Assembly: GCA_963664705.1 (NCBI GenBank)
Contig: OY761556.1
Span: 1,152,001-1,216,000 of the forward strand
Reading direction: 5' to 3'
Length of the DNA: 64,000 nucleotides
Source of the DNA: Acidobacteriota bacterium
Lineage (GTDB): Bacteria > Acidobacteriota > UBA6911
Each line of letters begins with the position of its first letter. Position 1 is the first letter of the stretch. The notes beneath the pieces were generated by a model. That model did no database searches, was not told the DNA's origin, and saw only the letters and a program-made list of their open reading frames with translations. Shown here one piece after another: positions 50,027 through 59,649 of this stretch. A program made the translations under genes and the position numbers.

Positions 50027-52051
50027 CTAGTTGCTTGCTATCCCGTAGGCAATGCGGATTCTGAAACTTCTGCCATCCTGCAATATCGAGCTTTGAACAT
50101 GCTCTTCTCCGGCCGGATCAGCGTATCGCTTGTCAAAGAGATTGTAGATGCCGGCTGTTAAATCCAGGTTGGGCATAAGGCCTCTTAGGACAAATGTGAC
50201 GTTTGTCAGCAGAAACCCTCCCAGCCGTTCCCCATCCAGGGTCTTTCTGGGGCCGGTATAGCGCATTTCGATTCCCGCACCGCCCCGTGTGGCAAAACAA
50301 GGCAAAAAGAGATTCAGCTGAACAATATGCTTGGGAGAGTTGGCCAGCGAGGCCTGCGTGGATTCGCTTGTTGCCCTCTGAACCGAATAGGCCAGGTGGC
50401 TGTCAACCCCATGAAAATTTTTGCCCTCGAAGGTCAACTTCATTCCATTTGCCGTGATGTGATCGGTATTTCGAAATACAGCCAGACCATCCGAATCCGT
50501 ATCCTGTGTAATCAGGCCTCTGACGTGATAGTGATAGGCCGAACCAGCCAGGCGGAATTGATGCCCGAAATACTGTTCAATCACAAACTCGGTGGTTCGT
50601 ATTTTTTCGGGTTGCAGATCCGGATTGGTTTTCTGGGAGTATCCGTCAGCATAGAACATCTCGTAGGAATTTGGCGCCCGGAATGCGTGTCCGTACAGAA
50701 GCTTCAGGGTTGTTTTCGGCAAAGGCGAATACACAACGCTGAATCGGGGACTGGTATTACCACCAAATGTATTGTATCGGTCATGTCTGAATCCGGCGCT
50801 CACCAGCAGATTTTCTCTCACGGCAAATTCGCCCTGCGCGTAGGATCCAATAGTTGCCCATGTGTTAAGGGTGTCCAGGTAACTGAAATAGTGCGGTTCG
50901 GCGTCATAGTTCCACTGACGCAGGTGAAAACCATGCTGCCAGTCTGTACCCACGGTAAGGTGATGCTTTCCCGCGAGAGTACGGGTTAATTGGAAATCGC
51001 CTCCCCACCAGCGGCCGGCAGAGTAATCATAATTTCTTGCAAAGTAGGAAGAGTCCTCGGTCTCAAGGGCATATCCGTAAACGCCTTCATAGTCATAGAT
51101 GCCAAGATATGTGCGGGCAACCACATCCCAGTTTTGCCGAAATTTATGCTCATATTTCAAATCGATATAACTTACCGTATCTTTGGTTCGAGCCGCGCGA
51201 TCATTAAAAACGGATCCATAAGAAGCCGTCGGGATGGCTTTCCCCCTGGAATTGAAAACAAACTGGGCGGTCAGATTTCGCCCCGAAATGTTGGCAAATA
51301 CGTTTGTGCTGTTCTCGGAATCCAGGTCCTCCGCAATTCCGTTGTTGGTCTCGGGCGTATCAAATTCCTTGAAATAAAGGTGTCTCTGTCCTTTGCTGTT
51401 TCGGTGGCTGGCAGCAAACAGCATTTCAGTTCCATTTTTGAAACTTTTCCCGTAGCTTGCGCCTCCGGCATAGGTGCTCCAGCTGCCCCCCTCGGCGTAG
51501 ATATGCCCGCCATCGAGGCTTCGTCCGCGTTTTGTAATTATGTTGATCGTCCCAAAAAACGCGTTTGTCCCATAAAGAGATGAGCCCGGACCGCGTACAA
51601 TCTCGATGCGTTCAATCAGGTTGATGTCGAGAGGGAAGTCAAATCCGATCCCCGTACCCCCATAAATGCTCTCATTCAAACGAAGACCGTTCAGCAACAG
51701 CAGGACGCGCGTGTTGTAATCGCCGGTGCGGCCGAAGCCACGCACGCCAATATATTCGTAGTTTCTATCATTGGTGGAATAAAATCCGGAAACACTGTTG
51801 AGAATCTCGGATAGTTTTCGATAGCCGTAATGCTGAATGTCCGCCGCAGTGATAATGCGGATCGACGCGGGTGCTTCCGTCATCTTCTGACTGAACTTGG
51901 ATGCGCTGTAGACCTCCAGCTTGGCCAAATCCTCAAGAGGGATTTCGGTTAGATCCTTGGGTGCATCCTGGGCGACCGCTTGCAGCAGACCAAAGCCGCA
52001 TAAAAACATTAACCCCAGGGAAAACCCCGAGTATTTCCAGACCGTTCTCAT
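50027..52051 (-). CDS. TonB-dependent outer-membrane receptor
   Basis: Signal peptide; LEDL, SASK, APASI, VRGFG, LLNG, IERIEIVRGPGSSLYG, NPDLQPE, NLFDKRY. Confidence 0.92.
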   Translation of the reverse strand: MRTVWKYSGFSLGLMFLCGFGLLQAVAQDAPKDLTEIPLEDLAKLEVYSASKFSQKMTEAPASIRIITAADIQHYGYRKLSEILNSVSGFYSTNDRNYEYIGVRGFGRTGDYNTRVLLLLNGLRLNESIYGGTGIGFDFPLDINLIERIEIVRGPGSSLYGTNAFFGTINIITKRGRSLDGGHIYAEGGSWSTYAGGASYGKSFKNGTEMLFAASHRNSKGQRHLYFKEFDTPETNNGIAEDLDSENSTNVFANISGRNLTAQFVFNSRGKAIPTASYGSVFNDRAARTKDTVSYIDLKYEHKFRQNWDVVARTYLGIYDYEGVYGYALETEDSSYFARNYDYSAGRWWGGDFQLTRTLAGKHHLTVGTDWQHGFHLRQWNYDAEPHYFSYLDTLNTWATIGSYAQGEFAVRENLLVSAGFRHDRYNTFGGNTSPRFSVVYSPLPKTTLKLLYGHAFRAPNSYEMFYADGYSQKTNPDLQPEKIRTTEFVIEQYFGHQFRLAGSAYHYHVRGLITQDTDSDGLAVFRNTDHITANGMKLTFEGKNFHGVDSHLAYSVQRATSESTQASLANSPKHIVQLNLFLPCFATRGGAGIEMRYTGPRKTLDGERLGGFLLTNVTFVLRGLMPNLDLTAGIYNLFDKRYADPAGEEHVQSSILQDGRSFRIRIAYGIASN

Positions 52052-52422
52052 AGTCCCTCGCTGTCCGGAGCTTTGTTTCCGGCATTTCGGATTCGGTTTT
52101 GTTGCCGCATGGAATGCCCTGCCGCAATTTGGGCCGAGTTGTTTCCTTTTTGCTCTTAGTGTGCCCGGGAAAACAACATGCGCAAGCGTACATAGACCTG
52201 TGCCAGGCACCAAAGCTCAGTTATCGTCATGACGGGACCTTATCCTTAACACTAATACTAGTTAGTTGGGAGAAGGCGGGCGGAGGTGTATGCCCCGAAA
52301 TCTGATGTATTTACAGTGAACGCGCGATTGATTTATCCGGAGGGCCTTGAACCGACGTTTTGAAGCCTGGCGTTAGCACAATTCGAGGGAAACGCGTGGC
52401 ATTTTTTGCTCTGAAGCGCGAA

Positions 52423-52617
52423 TCAAGGAAGGATTTCCTGAACTCTTCCTACGATGCCGCTTGTCAGCCGGACTTTGATACCGTGCGGATGGGTGGGGGA
52501 GTTGGTTAATATCTGGGAGACGATTCCATCCGTCAGCCGTCCGGACCTCTGATCCTGCTTCTGAACCACGCGCACGTGAACGCCAGGCTGAATGTCCGAT
52601 CTTTTTTTGCCATCCAT
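52423..52617 (-). CDS. YwbE (DUF2196) family protein
   Basis: KQDQRSGRLT.G, HPHGIKVRL, GRV. Confidence 0.88.
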   Translation of the reverse strand: MDGKKRSDIQPGVHVRVVQKQDQRSGRLTDGIVSQILTNSPTHPHGIKVRLTSGIVGRVQEILP

Positions 52618-52755
52618 CAACGTTTCCCCGGATATAGGTTGTATTCCAAGCTGACACACACTGCCAAGGCTGTGCGAATGTTATCATTGGAACGGCTCTT
52701 CAGGTGTAAAATCCTGCGCGGCAACCGCACTGCAACCGCCAGTCAGGGAGACACA

Positions 52756-53733
52756 ATGACCGATGCAATAAGGCTGCGAAATATTACCAAAACTTTTGGA
52801 AATAATGTGGCTGTAAACAGCTTTGATTTGACGGTGCCCGCGGGAGCCTTGTATGGGCTGATTGGGCCCAATGGTGCGGGGAAAACCACTCTGATCCGCA
52901 TGATTCTCTCGATTCTGTTTCCCGACCAGGGTGATTTGACGGTGCTTGGACATGCCTCGGCTATGGAGGCCAAGGACCGCATTGGATACCTGCCCGAAGA
53001 ACGAGGGGTCTATAAAAAAATGCGCGTTGGGGACTTTCTTACTTATATGGCGCGCCTGAAAGGATTGGATCCTCCCGATCTGCGGGATCGCATTCGTGAC
53101 TGGCTTCGAAGGCTTGACCTGGCCGGGACAGAAGGGAAGCGATGCGAGGAGCTTTCCAAGGGGATGCAGCAGAAAATTCAATTTATCGCGGCGGTTATTC
53201 ACCGCCCGGATCTGCTCATTCTCGACGAACCGTTTAGCGGCCTCGATCCGGTGAACCAGCGTCTGATGAGGGAACTGGTTATGGAGGAGCATCGAAGGGG
53301 TGCCACTATTCTGTTTTCCACACATGTCATGGCGCACGCGGAGCAGCTCTGCGACCATGTCATCATGATTCATTCAGGCCATAAAATGCTGGACCGGAGC
53401 CTGTCGGATATCCGACAGGCATCGGATCCCAGGCACATAATATTCGAACCCCTGGATCCTTCCGCGGATGCAGCTCCGCTTCGCTCTGTTCCCGGCGTGC
53501 ACGAAATCGATTCGAAAGGGACCACCTGGGAGATATCGCTGTCGGATGACGTCAACCCGGCCACGGCTCTGGCATCTTTAGTCCATGCGGTCATGCCCGT
53601 TCAGGTCAGGGTGCGAAGGCCCTCGCTCGAGGATATCTTCGTCCAGATCGTCTCCGGCACCGGACCGGATACAAGCAACGAGCAGTTGCGCGAGGCCTTG
53701 CGGGAAGGCGGAAATACGAGGGAGGCGCGGTAA
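52756..53733 (+). CDS. ABC transporter ATP-binding protein (NatA-like)
   Basis: GPNGAGKTT, GYLPEERG, LSKGMQQK, LDEPFSGLDP. Confidence 0.93.
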   Translation: MTDAIRLRNITKTFGNNVAVNSFDLTVPAGALYGLIGPNGAGKTTLIRMILSILFPDQGDLTVLGHASAMEAKDRIGYLPEERGVYKKMRVGDFLTYMARLKGLDPPDLRDRIRDWLRRLDLAGTEGKRCEELSKGMQQKIQFIAAVIHRPDLLILDEPFSGLDPVNQRLMRELVMEEHRRGATILFSTHVMAHAEQLCDHVIMIHSGHKMLDRSLSDIRQASDPRHIIFEPLDPSADAAPLRSVPGVHEIDSKGTTWEISLSDDVNPATALASLVHAVMPVQVRVRRPSLEDIFVQIVSGTGPDTSNEQLREALREGGNTREAR

Positions 53734-55127
53734 TGAAAAAGATCCTGTATGTTGCGGCCAGGGAATTTGTGGCGACGGTGACCACCAAAGGGTTTATTTT
53801 CGGTGTGCTGCTTACGCCGACGCTGGTCGTATTCATGTCCTTTTTGATCCCGCGCATCGCAAATGAAACGCCACCCAAAATTGAAGGACAGGTCGCTATT
53901 TCGGATCCCACGGGGCAGATCGCCGATACTATCGAAAAAAACCTGGTGCCAGAGCAGTTCTTGGAACGACGGAGGAAGGCATTGCTCAGCAGACCCGGAT
54001 GGCCAGGGAACAGCCAGGACGATCGCAAGGATAAGTCCTCTGCCGGGAAGGATATTGCATCCGAACTGACTCCGTCAGAGATGCCGCAGATCTCTGTAAA
54101 ACCATTGTCTTCCGATGCCGAAATCGAGCATGAAAAGGAGCTGCTGAAGGTGCCGCTGGCACAAAAACAGGGCAGCCGGTCCGCGTGCCTGGCGGTGATA
54201 GTGGTCCATCCGGATGCGACGAAGCCGGATCCGGAGGGCACGGCAAAACCGAAATATGATCTTTTCGTGAGAAGCCGGCTGGACGATCGTTTGATCGGTG
54301 ATTTTCACGCGGTCATACAGAATGCTATTGGGAGCGCTCGTCTTCGATCGACCGGGCTGGATGCCAAGACTGTTGAGGCTCTGACCACTGTAATGAGAGC
54401 CGAAACCAGGGCGATCACCCCCGGCGGCGAACAGAAAAACAGCGTGGTTTTCAATTCCGTTCTTCCCATTGCCTTTAATATCCTGCTGCTGATCTCAGTC
54501 CTTACCAGCGGCCAGTACCTGTTGACAACCACCATCGAAGAAAAGTCGAATCGAGTGGTTGAAGTGCTTCTGTCCGCCGTTTCACCCATGCAGCTGATGA
54601 CCGGCAAGATACTTGGGCAAATGGCTATCGGCCTTTTGATTCTTGCGCTTTATGCCGGACTGGGTATCGCGGCTCTGACCTCATTCGCCATGATGGGGTT
54701 GTTGAACCCGATGCTTCTGATCTTCCTGTTCCTGTTTTTTCTGCTCGCGTACCTGACGATTGCGGCGATGATGGCCGCCATTGGTTCCGCGGTCAGTGAA
54801 TTGCGGGACGCTCAAGGTCTGATGATGCCGATGATGATGGTGCTGATGATTCCATGGCTGCTGATGATGCCCATCAGTCGGGATCCCAATTCTCTTCTTG
54901 CCATCGTCCTGAGCTTCATTCCTCCGATCAGCAGTTTTGTCGTGGTGCTGCGCATGGCATCCAGTTCGCCGCCGCCTTTCTGGCAGATCGGCGCTGCCAT
55001 CGTTGTTGGAATTGCCGGCGCCTATGCTTCGCTCCGGTTTGCCGCAAAAGTATTTCGCGTTGGGCTTCTGATGTTTGGAAAGCCCCCGTCCATCGGTACC
55101 TTGATTCGCTGGGCACGGATGTCATAA
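53733..55127 (+). CDS. ABC-2 transporter permease (NatB-like)
   Basis: AREF, EEKSNRVVEVLLS, GKILG, multiple TM; TAATG coupling. Confidence 0.9.
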   Translation: MKKILYVAAREFVATVTTKGFIFGVLLTPTLVVFMSFLIPRIANETPPKIEGQVAISDPTGQIADTIEKNLVPEQFLERRRKALLSRPGWPGNSQDDRKDKSSAGKDIASELTPSEMPQISVKPLSSDAEIEHEKELLKVPLAQKQGSRSACLAVIVVHPDATKPDPEGTAKPKYDLFVRSRLDDRLIGDFHAVIQNAIGSARLRSTGLDAKTVEALTTVMRAETRAITPGGEQKNSVVFNSVLPIAFNILLLISVLTSGQYLLTTTIEEKSNRVVEVLLSAVSPMQLMTGKILGQMAIGLLILALYAGLGIAALTSFAMMGLLNPMLLIFLFLFFLLAYLTIAAMMAAIGSAVSELRDAQGLMMPMMMVLMIPWLLMMPISRDPNSLLAIVLSFIPPISSFVVVLRMASSSPPPFWQIGAAIVVGIAGAYASLRFAAKVFRVGLLMFGKPPSIGTLIRWARMS

Positions 55128-55212
55128 GGCCGAGACGCTGGAGGGCAATCGCTGCCGCTGAACTCCTGATTGCCCGGGATGCAAGCCGGCCATGTTGCAC
55201 GGAATCTGAAGA

Positions 55213-56097
55213 ATGAAAATATCCAAACCACTCCAGGCTGACCTGGCCCTGGTCTTTATTACTTTTATCTGGGGCAGCACGTTTACGGTTGTGAAACAAA
55301 GCCTCGAAAATGCTTCTCCCATCCTGTTTGTTGCACTGCGATTCTGGATCGCTACGATTATTTGCACGGCACTCATGCCCGGGCAGATACGGAAGATCGG
55401 GAAACGGACCTTATTGCATGGAATGGTTCTGGCTTTCATTTTGTTCGGTGGGTTCGTATTTCAGACCCTGGGGCTGCGCAATACCAATCCTTCCTATTCT
55501 GCTTTTATCACCAGTTTGAGCGTTCTGCTCGTGCCGCTGCTCGGTTATCTGCTGTTTCATCACAAACCGCGCCCCCAGACCCTCGCCGGTGTCATTCTGG
55601 CCACCATCGGTTTGTTTTTGCTTCTTGCGCATCTTTCCCAGTTGACCATGGGATCCGGAGATTTTCTCACCCTTATCTGTGCCGCTCTTTTTGGATTTCA
55701 CATTCTTCTGCTCGGCCGCTTTTTATTGGTCAACGACTACCGGCAGCTGATCCTGCTGCAGCTCGCAGGGACGGCCATCCTGAGTTCAATTTCATCGCCG
55801 ATCTTTGAGGTTCCGCGTCTGAATTGGAATGCAAGGCTGGGGGTGGCTCTGGTGATTACCGGCGTTCTCGCAACGGCTTTTGCTTTATATGTGCAGGCGC
55901 GAGCCCAGAGGCTGACTACGGCAAACCATGCTGCTCTGATCTTCAGCCTGGAGCCATTTTTTGCCGCTCTGTTTGCTTTCTGGATTCTGGGGCAGGTGTT
56001 GACGCCGCGCGAATGGTTGGGTGGAATCCTGGTGTTGGCCGGTATCCTGGTTTCGGAATTGCAGCTTCCCTTTTTCGGCCGGGCTCGATCGGACTGA
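55213..56097 (+). CDS. DMT/EamA family transporter
   Basis: IWGSTF, about 10 TM, SAFIT, GD, SLEP. Confidence 0.9.
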   Translation: MKISKPLQADLALVFITFIWGSTFTVVKQSLENASPILFVALRFWIATIICTALMPGQIRKIGKRTLLHGMVLAFILFGGFVFQTLGLRNTNPSYSAFITSLSVLLVPLLGYLLFHHKPRPQTLAGVILATIGLFLLLAHLSQLTMGSGDFLTLICAALFGFHILLLGRFLLVNDYRQLILLQLAGTAILSSISSPIFEVPRLNWNARLGVALVITGVLATAFALYVQARAQRLTTANHAALIFSLEPFFAALFAFWILGQVLTPREWLGGILVLAGILVSELQLPFFGRARSD

Positions 56098-56140
56098 GCG
56101 AACCATTGCCTCAATATTGCGGGTTCCGGAAACCGTGCGG

Positions 56141-56974
56141 TTATCCCACATCCCAATAGACCAGAGCCGACCGAACTTCCGGCGGCCAGACATACCTGCC
56201 GTCCTGCCACGTGAGCCTGCTTTCCAGCAAATCCCGCAGGTAGGCGTCATGTTCCGTTGAATCTCCCAAGGCCATGAAGCGTCGCATGTCAAACAAGGCC
56301 TCATCGAGACTCGCGCTTGTGCGCGGCTTCCACAACCCGGTGTTTTCCATCAGCACGTTGGCGTAAATGCCTGCCTGAAGCAAAACGTTGTACGCAATTG
56401 TGAAATTGGGGCTGTCCAGCGGCTGGCCCCACAAGTGCCGTGCAGCTTCGGCGCGAATGCTGTCCGGGCTTGGGGCGCGAAGAAGCAGAAAACAGGTCCG
56501 TCGCGTGCACGCGACCATCCGCAGGACGAAAGCCCTCAGATCATGGCATGCATACATGGCATGAGAGCATAGGGAATAATCGTGCGGCTCGACGGCAACA
56601 TCCGGCCAGGAGCCCTGCACAATCGAAACATTGGAGACCTGTTGTGAGCTCAGGCTGTCACGCATTACTGAAATCATGGCGCTGGACGGTTCCACGGCAG
56701 TCACATGTCTCGCACGCGCGGCCAGCAACAGCGCCCAATCGCCCGTCCCGGCGCCAATGTCGAGGATGGTGCTTTCCGGTTCGAGTTTGGACAGGATAAA
56801 TCCACGGCTCGAGTCGGGCCTGGCCCACTTTTTTCGGACTCGTTCTTTGAAATGGCGCGCGCGTTCGGCCCAGATATCTTCAGGCGTGGTTCCCGCATGC
56901 TTATGCTTTCGGCTGCGCACCTTTATCTCTACGAGATCTCCCCACAAGGAGTTCCAATCGGTTATCTTTTCCAT
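56141..56974 (-). CDS. Class I SAM-dependent methyltransferase
   Basis: ILDIGAGTG, VTAVEPS; ATG after GGGAG. Confidence 0.85.
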   Translation of the reverse strand: MEKITDWNSLWGDLVEIKVRSRKHKHAGTTPEDIWAERARHFKERVRKKWARPDSSRGFILSKLEPESTILDIGAGTGDWALLLAARARHVTAVEPSSAMISVMRDSLSSQQVSNVSIVQGSWPDVAVEPHDYSLCSHAMYACHDLRAFVLRMVACTRRTCFLLLRAPSPDSIRAEAARHLWGQPLDSPNFTIAYNVLLQAGIYANVLMENTGLWKPRTSASLDEALFDMRRFMALGDSTEHDAYLRDLLESRLTWQDGRYVWPPEVRSALVYWDVG

Positions 56975-57123
56975 AGCTCCCTGCAATAATCCGTCATCTT
57001 TCCAAATGCCAACGACGTATCCTGACTCAAAGAGTACGGAAAAACCATGGGAATTCCAACTTCGCAATGGACAGGCTCCCGCTGTATTCCGGGCACAAAG
57101 TGAGATACCATTGATGAATCATC

Positions 57124-58221
57124 ATGGCTACTTTGACCGACATTCTCGAAAAGCTGACCGTTGCGGGTGAACTATACGAAAAAATCGATGATCACCGTAT
57201 CCGGTGCTTCGCCTGTGGACATCGATGCCCGATTCCAACGGGTGCCCAGGGCGTCTGCAAGGTCCGCTTCAATCAGGGCGGGACACTGCGCGTTCCATTC
57301 GGATATGTTGCTGGAGTTCAATGCGATCCCGTAGAGAAAAAGCCGTTTTTTCACGTGCGCCCGGGCGCGCTTGCCTACAGTTTCGGGATGCTGGGATGCG
57401 ACCTGCATTGCGGGTATTGTCAGAACTGGATCTCATCGCAGGTTCTCCGTGACCCAAATTCAATCGTTCCTCCCGTTCGCGTGACTCCTGCCGATCTGAT
57501 CGAACAGGCGCGCAGGGAGGGGGCGGAAATCGTTGTCAGTACCTACAACGAGCCGTTGATTACGAGCGAATGGGGCGTTGCGGTGTTTAAAGAAGCCAAA
57601 GCCGCCGGCCTGATGACGGCGTTTGTGTCGAATGGGAACGCAACACCGGAGGTGCTGGCTTACCTGCAGCCCTGGCTCGATTTGTACAAAGTCGACCTCA
57701 AGAGCATCAGCGACCGGCAATACCGAAAGCTGGGGGCGCGGCTGGAGCCCATTCTGGACAGTATCCGCCGGATTTATTCTATGGGATTCTGGCTGGAAAT
57801 TGTCACTCTTCTCGTCCCTGGATTCAACGATGCACCGGATGAATTGACGAAGCTGACAGAGTTCATTGCCGGAGTGTCGACCGAAATTCCGTGGCACGTC
57901 ACCGCATTTTACCAGAACTACAAAATGACCGACGCGCGCAATACAACTCCCGAGGATCTGCTCAAAGCCGCTGAAATCGGGAAACAAAGCGGATTGCAAT
58001 ATGTTTACGCCGGGAATTTGCCCGGACGAGCCGGCAATTGGGAAAACACCTATTGTCCGAAATGCGGAGATCTGCTGGTGGAGCGCCGCGGCTTCAGAGT
58101 GATATCCTACCGGCTCGATGAAAGGGGGCGATGCCCCGGCTGTGCTCAAGCGATACCGGGGCGGTGGGCTCCAAAATTTGTGCCGCAGCGTGCCGCCTAT
58201 CCTTTCAGTCCGTCCTGCTAG
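57124..58221 (+). CDS. amrS: AmmeMemoRadiSam system radical SAM enzyme
   Basis: C..C.H.C...G.C.VR, DPVEKKP, CDLHCGYCQNW, TYNEP, VDLK, YVYAGN, CPKC...CPGC. Confidence 0.9.
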   Translation: MATLTDILEKLTVAGELYEKIDDHRIRCFACGHRCPIPTGAQGVCKVRFNQGGTLRVPFGYVAGVQCDPVEKKPFFHVRPGALAYSFGMLGCDLHCGYCQNWISSQVLRDPNSIVPPVRVTPADLIEQARREGAEIVVSTYNEPLITSEWGVAVFKEAKAAGLMTAFVSNGNATPEVLAYLQPWLDLYKVDLKSISDRQYRKLGARLEPILDSIRRIYSMGFWLEIVTLLVPGFNDAPDELTKLTEFIAGVSTEIPWHVTAFYQNYKMTDARNTTPEDLLKAAEIGKQSGLQYVYAGNLPGRAGNWENTYCPKCGDLLVERRGFRVISYRLDERGRCPGCAQAIPGRWAPKFVPQRAAYPFSPSC

Positions 58222-58318
58222 AAACATTTGTCAAACGCGAAGCCCTTCGGCTTTTCTGTCTTTCAAAGGCGGCATCAAGCTGCCACACTCCGCGGTACCC
58301 ATTCGGCAGAGCTTTCCT

Positions 58319-58445
58319 GCAAATAATGTGCGGCATTGGGCGAATAGTATTCAGCATTAGCCGGGACGCCGACGCTCCCAGGGAAAACTCCGCAGTTTTG
58401 ATCTGGAATCTGGAATTCCGCAAATAATATGCAGCATTAGCCGGG
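58319..58445. repeat. Three degenerate 21-nt direct repeats
   Basis: gcaaataatgtgcggcattgg (58319), gcgaatagtattcagcattag (58340), gcaaataatatgcagcattag (58420); the last two both continue ccggg. Confidence 0.6.
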
Positions 58446-58499
58446 CGCTGGCGAGGGCGTGGCTATTTCGTGGCGAGCCCGGCAGGTTCGAAGAAAATC

Positions 58500-58757
58500 C
58501 TATTCCACGATATATAGGATATCTACTCCGTCCTGCGTTCCTGAAAGGGCCTTTTCCAATAGGGTGAGAAGGTCTTTGTCGGCTCCCTGTTCCTTGAGGT
58601 AATCGATGGTATCCAGGTTTAAAAAGTATTCCTCATCTTCCTCGAATTCTTCTTCCAGATTTTCCATCAGAAAATCCAGCTGCTTTTCGGTGATCGTTCC
58701 CAGGGACTGGCGTTCGTAAGTCTTGGGGTGCTCTTTGAACAGGTGAATTGAGCTCAT
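58500..58757 (-). CDS. Small acidic hypothetical protein
   Basis: GGAG RBS; LGTITEKQLDFLMENLEEEFEEDEEY. Confidence 0.75.
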   Translation of the reverse strand: MSSIHLFKEHPKTYERQSLGTITEKQLDFLMENLEEEFEEDEEYFLNLDTIDYLKEQGADKDLLTLLEKALSGTQDGVDILYIVE

Positions 58758-58869
58758 CGTGTCTCCATGCGTTACGACAATAACCTATATCGCGGATAGA
58801 TCTCGAATGCAATCGCGAGAAGCGGAAAAGAGAAATCCCGTGGTTGCCCGGAGCCGAGATTCACCGGAA

Positions 58870-59637
58870 TCAGCGAATCCCGAGGACCCGGCGTATTTCC
58901 CCTTCGATCCCTGGAGCAAAAACAACGCAGTTTCTGGTATCGATGCGATCATCGCCGTTTTTTGTCAGGAATCCGGCTCCGCATTCGCGAGCGATCACCT
59001 GAACGGGCGCGTAGTCCCATTCCATGCCGCTGCCACTCAGCCATATGTCGGCCTTGCCCCGAGCCAGCATGATGACATCGTAGCACCCGCCATAGCACCG
59101 CACCGTCCAGCAGTTTTCGGTCAGGGCTCGGACCGCATCCGGCGGCCATGTGCTCCAGGCAGATTTAAAGCCGCTGACCATCAGGATGGCTTTATCCAGG
59201 CTCGAAATCGCGGATGTCTGCACGCGCGTGTCATTCCAGTAACATCCAAATCCGTCGGCAGCGTGCAGCATCTCATTGGTGCAAGGGCTGTAGATGATTC
59301 CCAGAACGACTCGGCCTCCAATCTGCAGGGCCAGTTGAACTGACCAGAACGCATTGCGGCGAACAAAATCCCTGGTGCCATCGATCGGATCGATCAGCCA
59401 TCGTCGTCCCGAGGTGGATGGAATCAGACTTCCTTCCTCTCCCAGCAGCCCGTCTCCGGGAAAGTGCTCCTGAATCCGACGGGCAATCAGCTTCTCGCAC
59501 TCTTTGTCCGCGATCGTGACAGGGGAGGCGTCCTTTTTTTCCTCTGTCGGCGTTGCCTGGCCAAAATACCGCAAGGCAAGCTCGCCCGCCTCCCGCGCGA
59601 TCCGTAGTGATCTCTCAATGTCTCGTTCGTAGGTCAT
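58870..59637 (-). CDS. Inositol monophosphatase family protein (histidinol-phosphatase HisN-like)
   Basis: SPVTIAD, GEE, WLIDPIDGT, WD. Confidence 0.88.
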   Translation of the reverse strand: MTYERDIERSLRIAREAGELALRYFGQATPTEEKKDASPVTIADKECEKLIARRIQEHFPGDGLLGEEGSLIPSTSGRRWLIDPIDGTRDFVRRNAFWSVQLALQIGGRVVLGIIYSPCTNEMLHAADGFGCYWNDTRVQTSAISSLDKAILMVSGFKSAWSTWPPDAVRALTENCWTVRCYGGCYDVIMLARGKADIWLSGSGMEWDYAPVQVIARECGAGFLTKNGDDRIDTRNCVVFAPGIEGEIRRVLGIR

Positions 59638-59649
59638 TCCCGTCCTGCT

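Noticed and set aside
52090-52210. c-di-GMP riboswitch or sigma54 promoter upstream of the TBDR
   Set aside because: GGGCACAC is present, but no GNRA-capped P2 or GCAAA junction geometry; TGGCAC lacks GC at -12
58319-58445. Mini CRISPR array
   Set aside because: Repeats are degenerate, two abut without a spacer, and no cas genes are present
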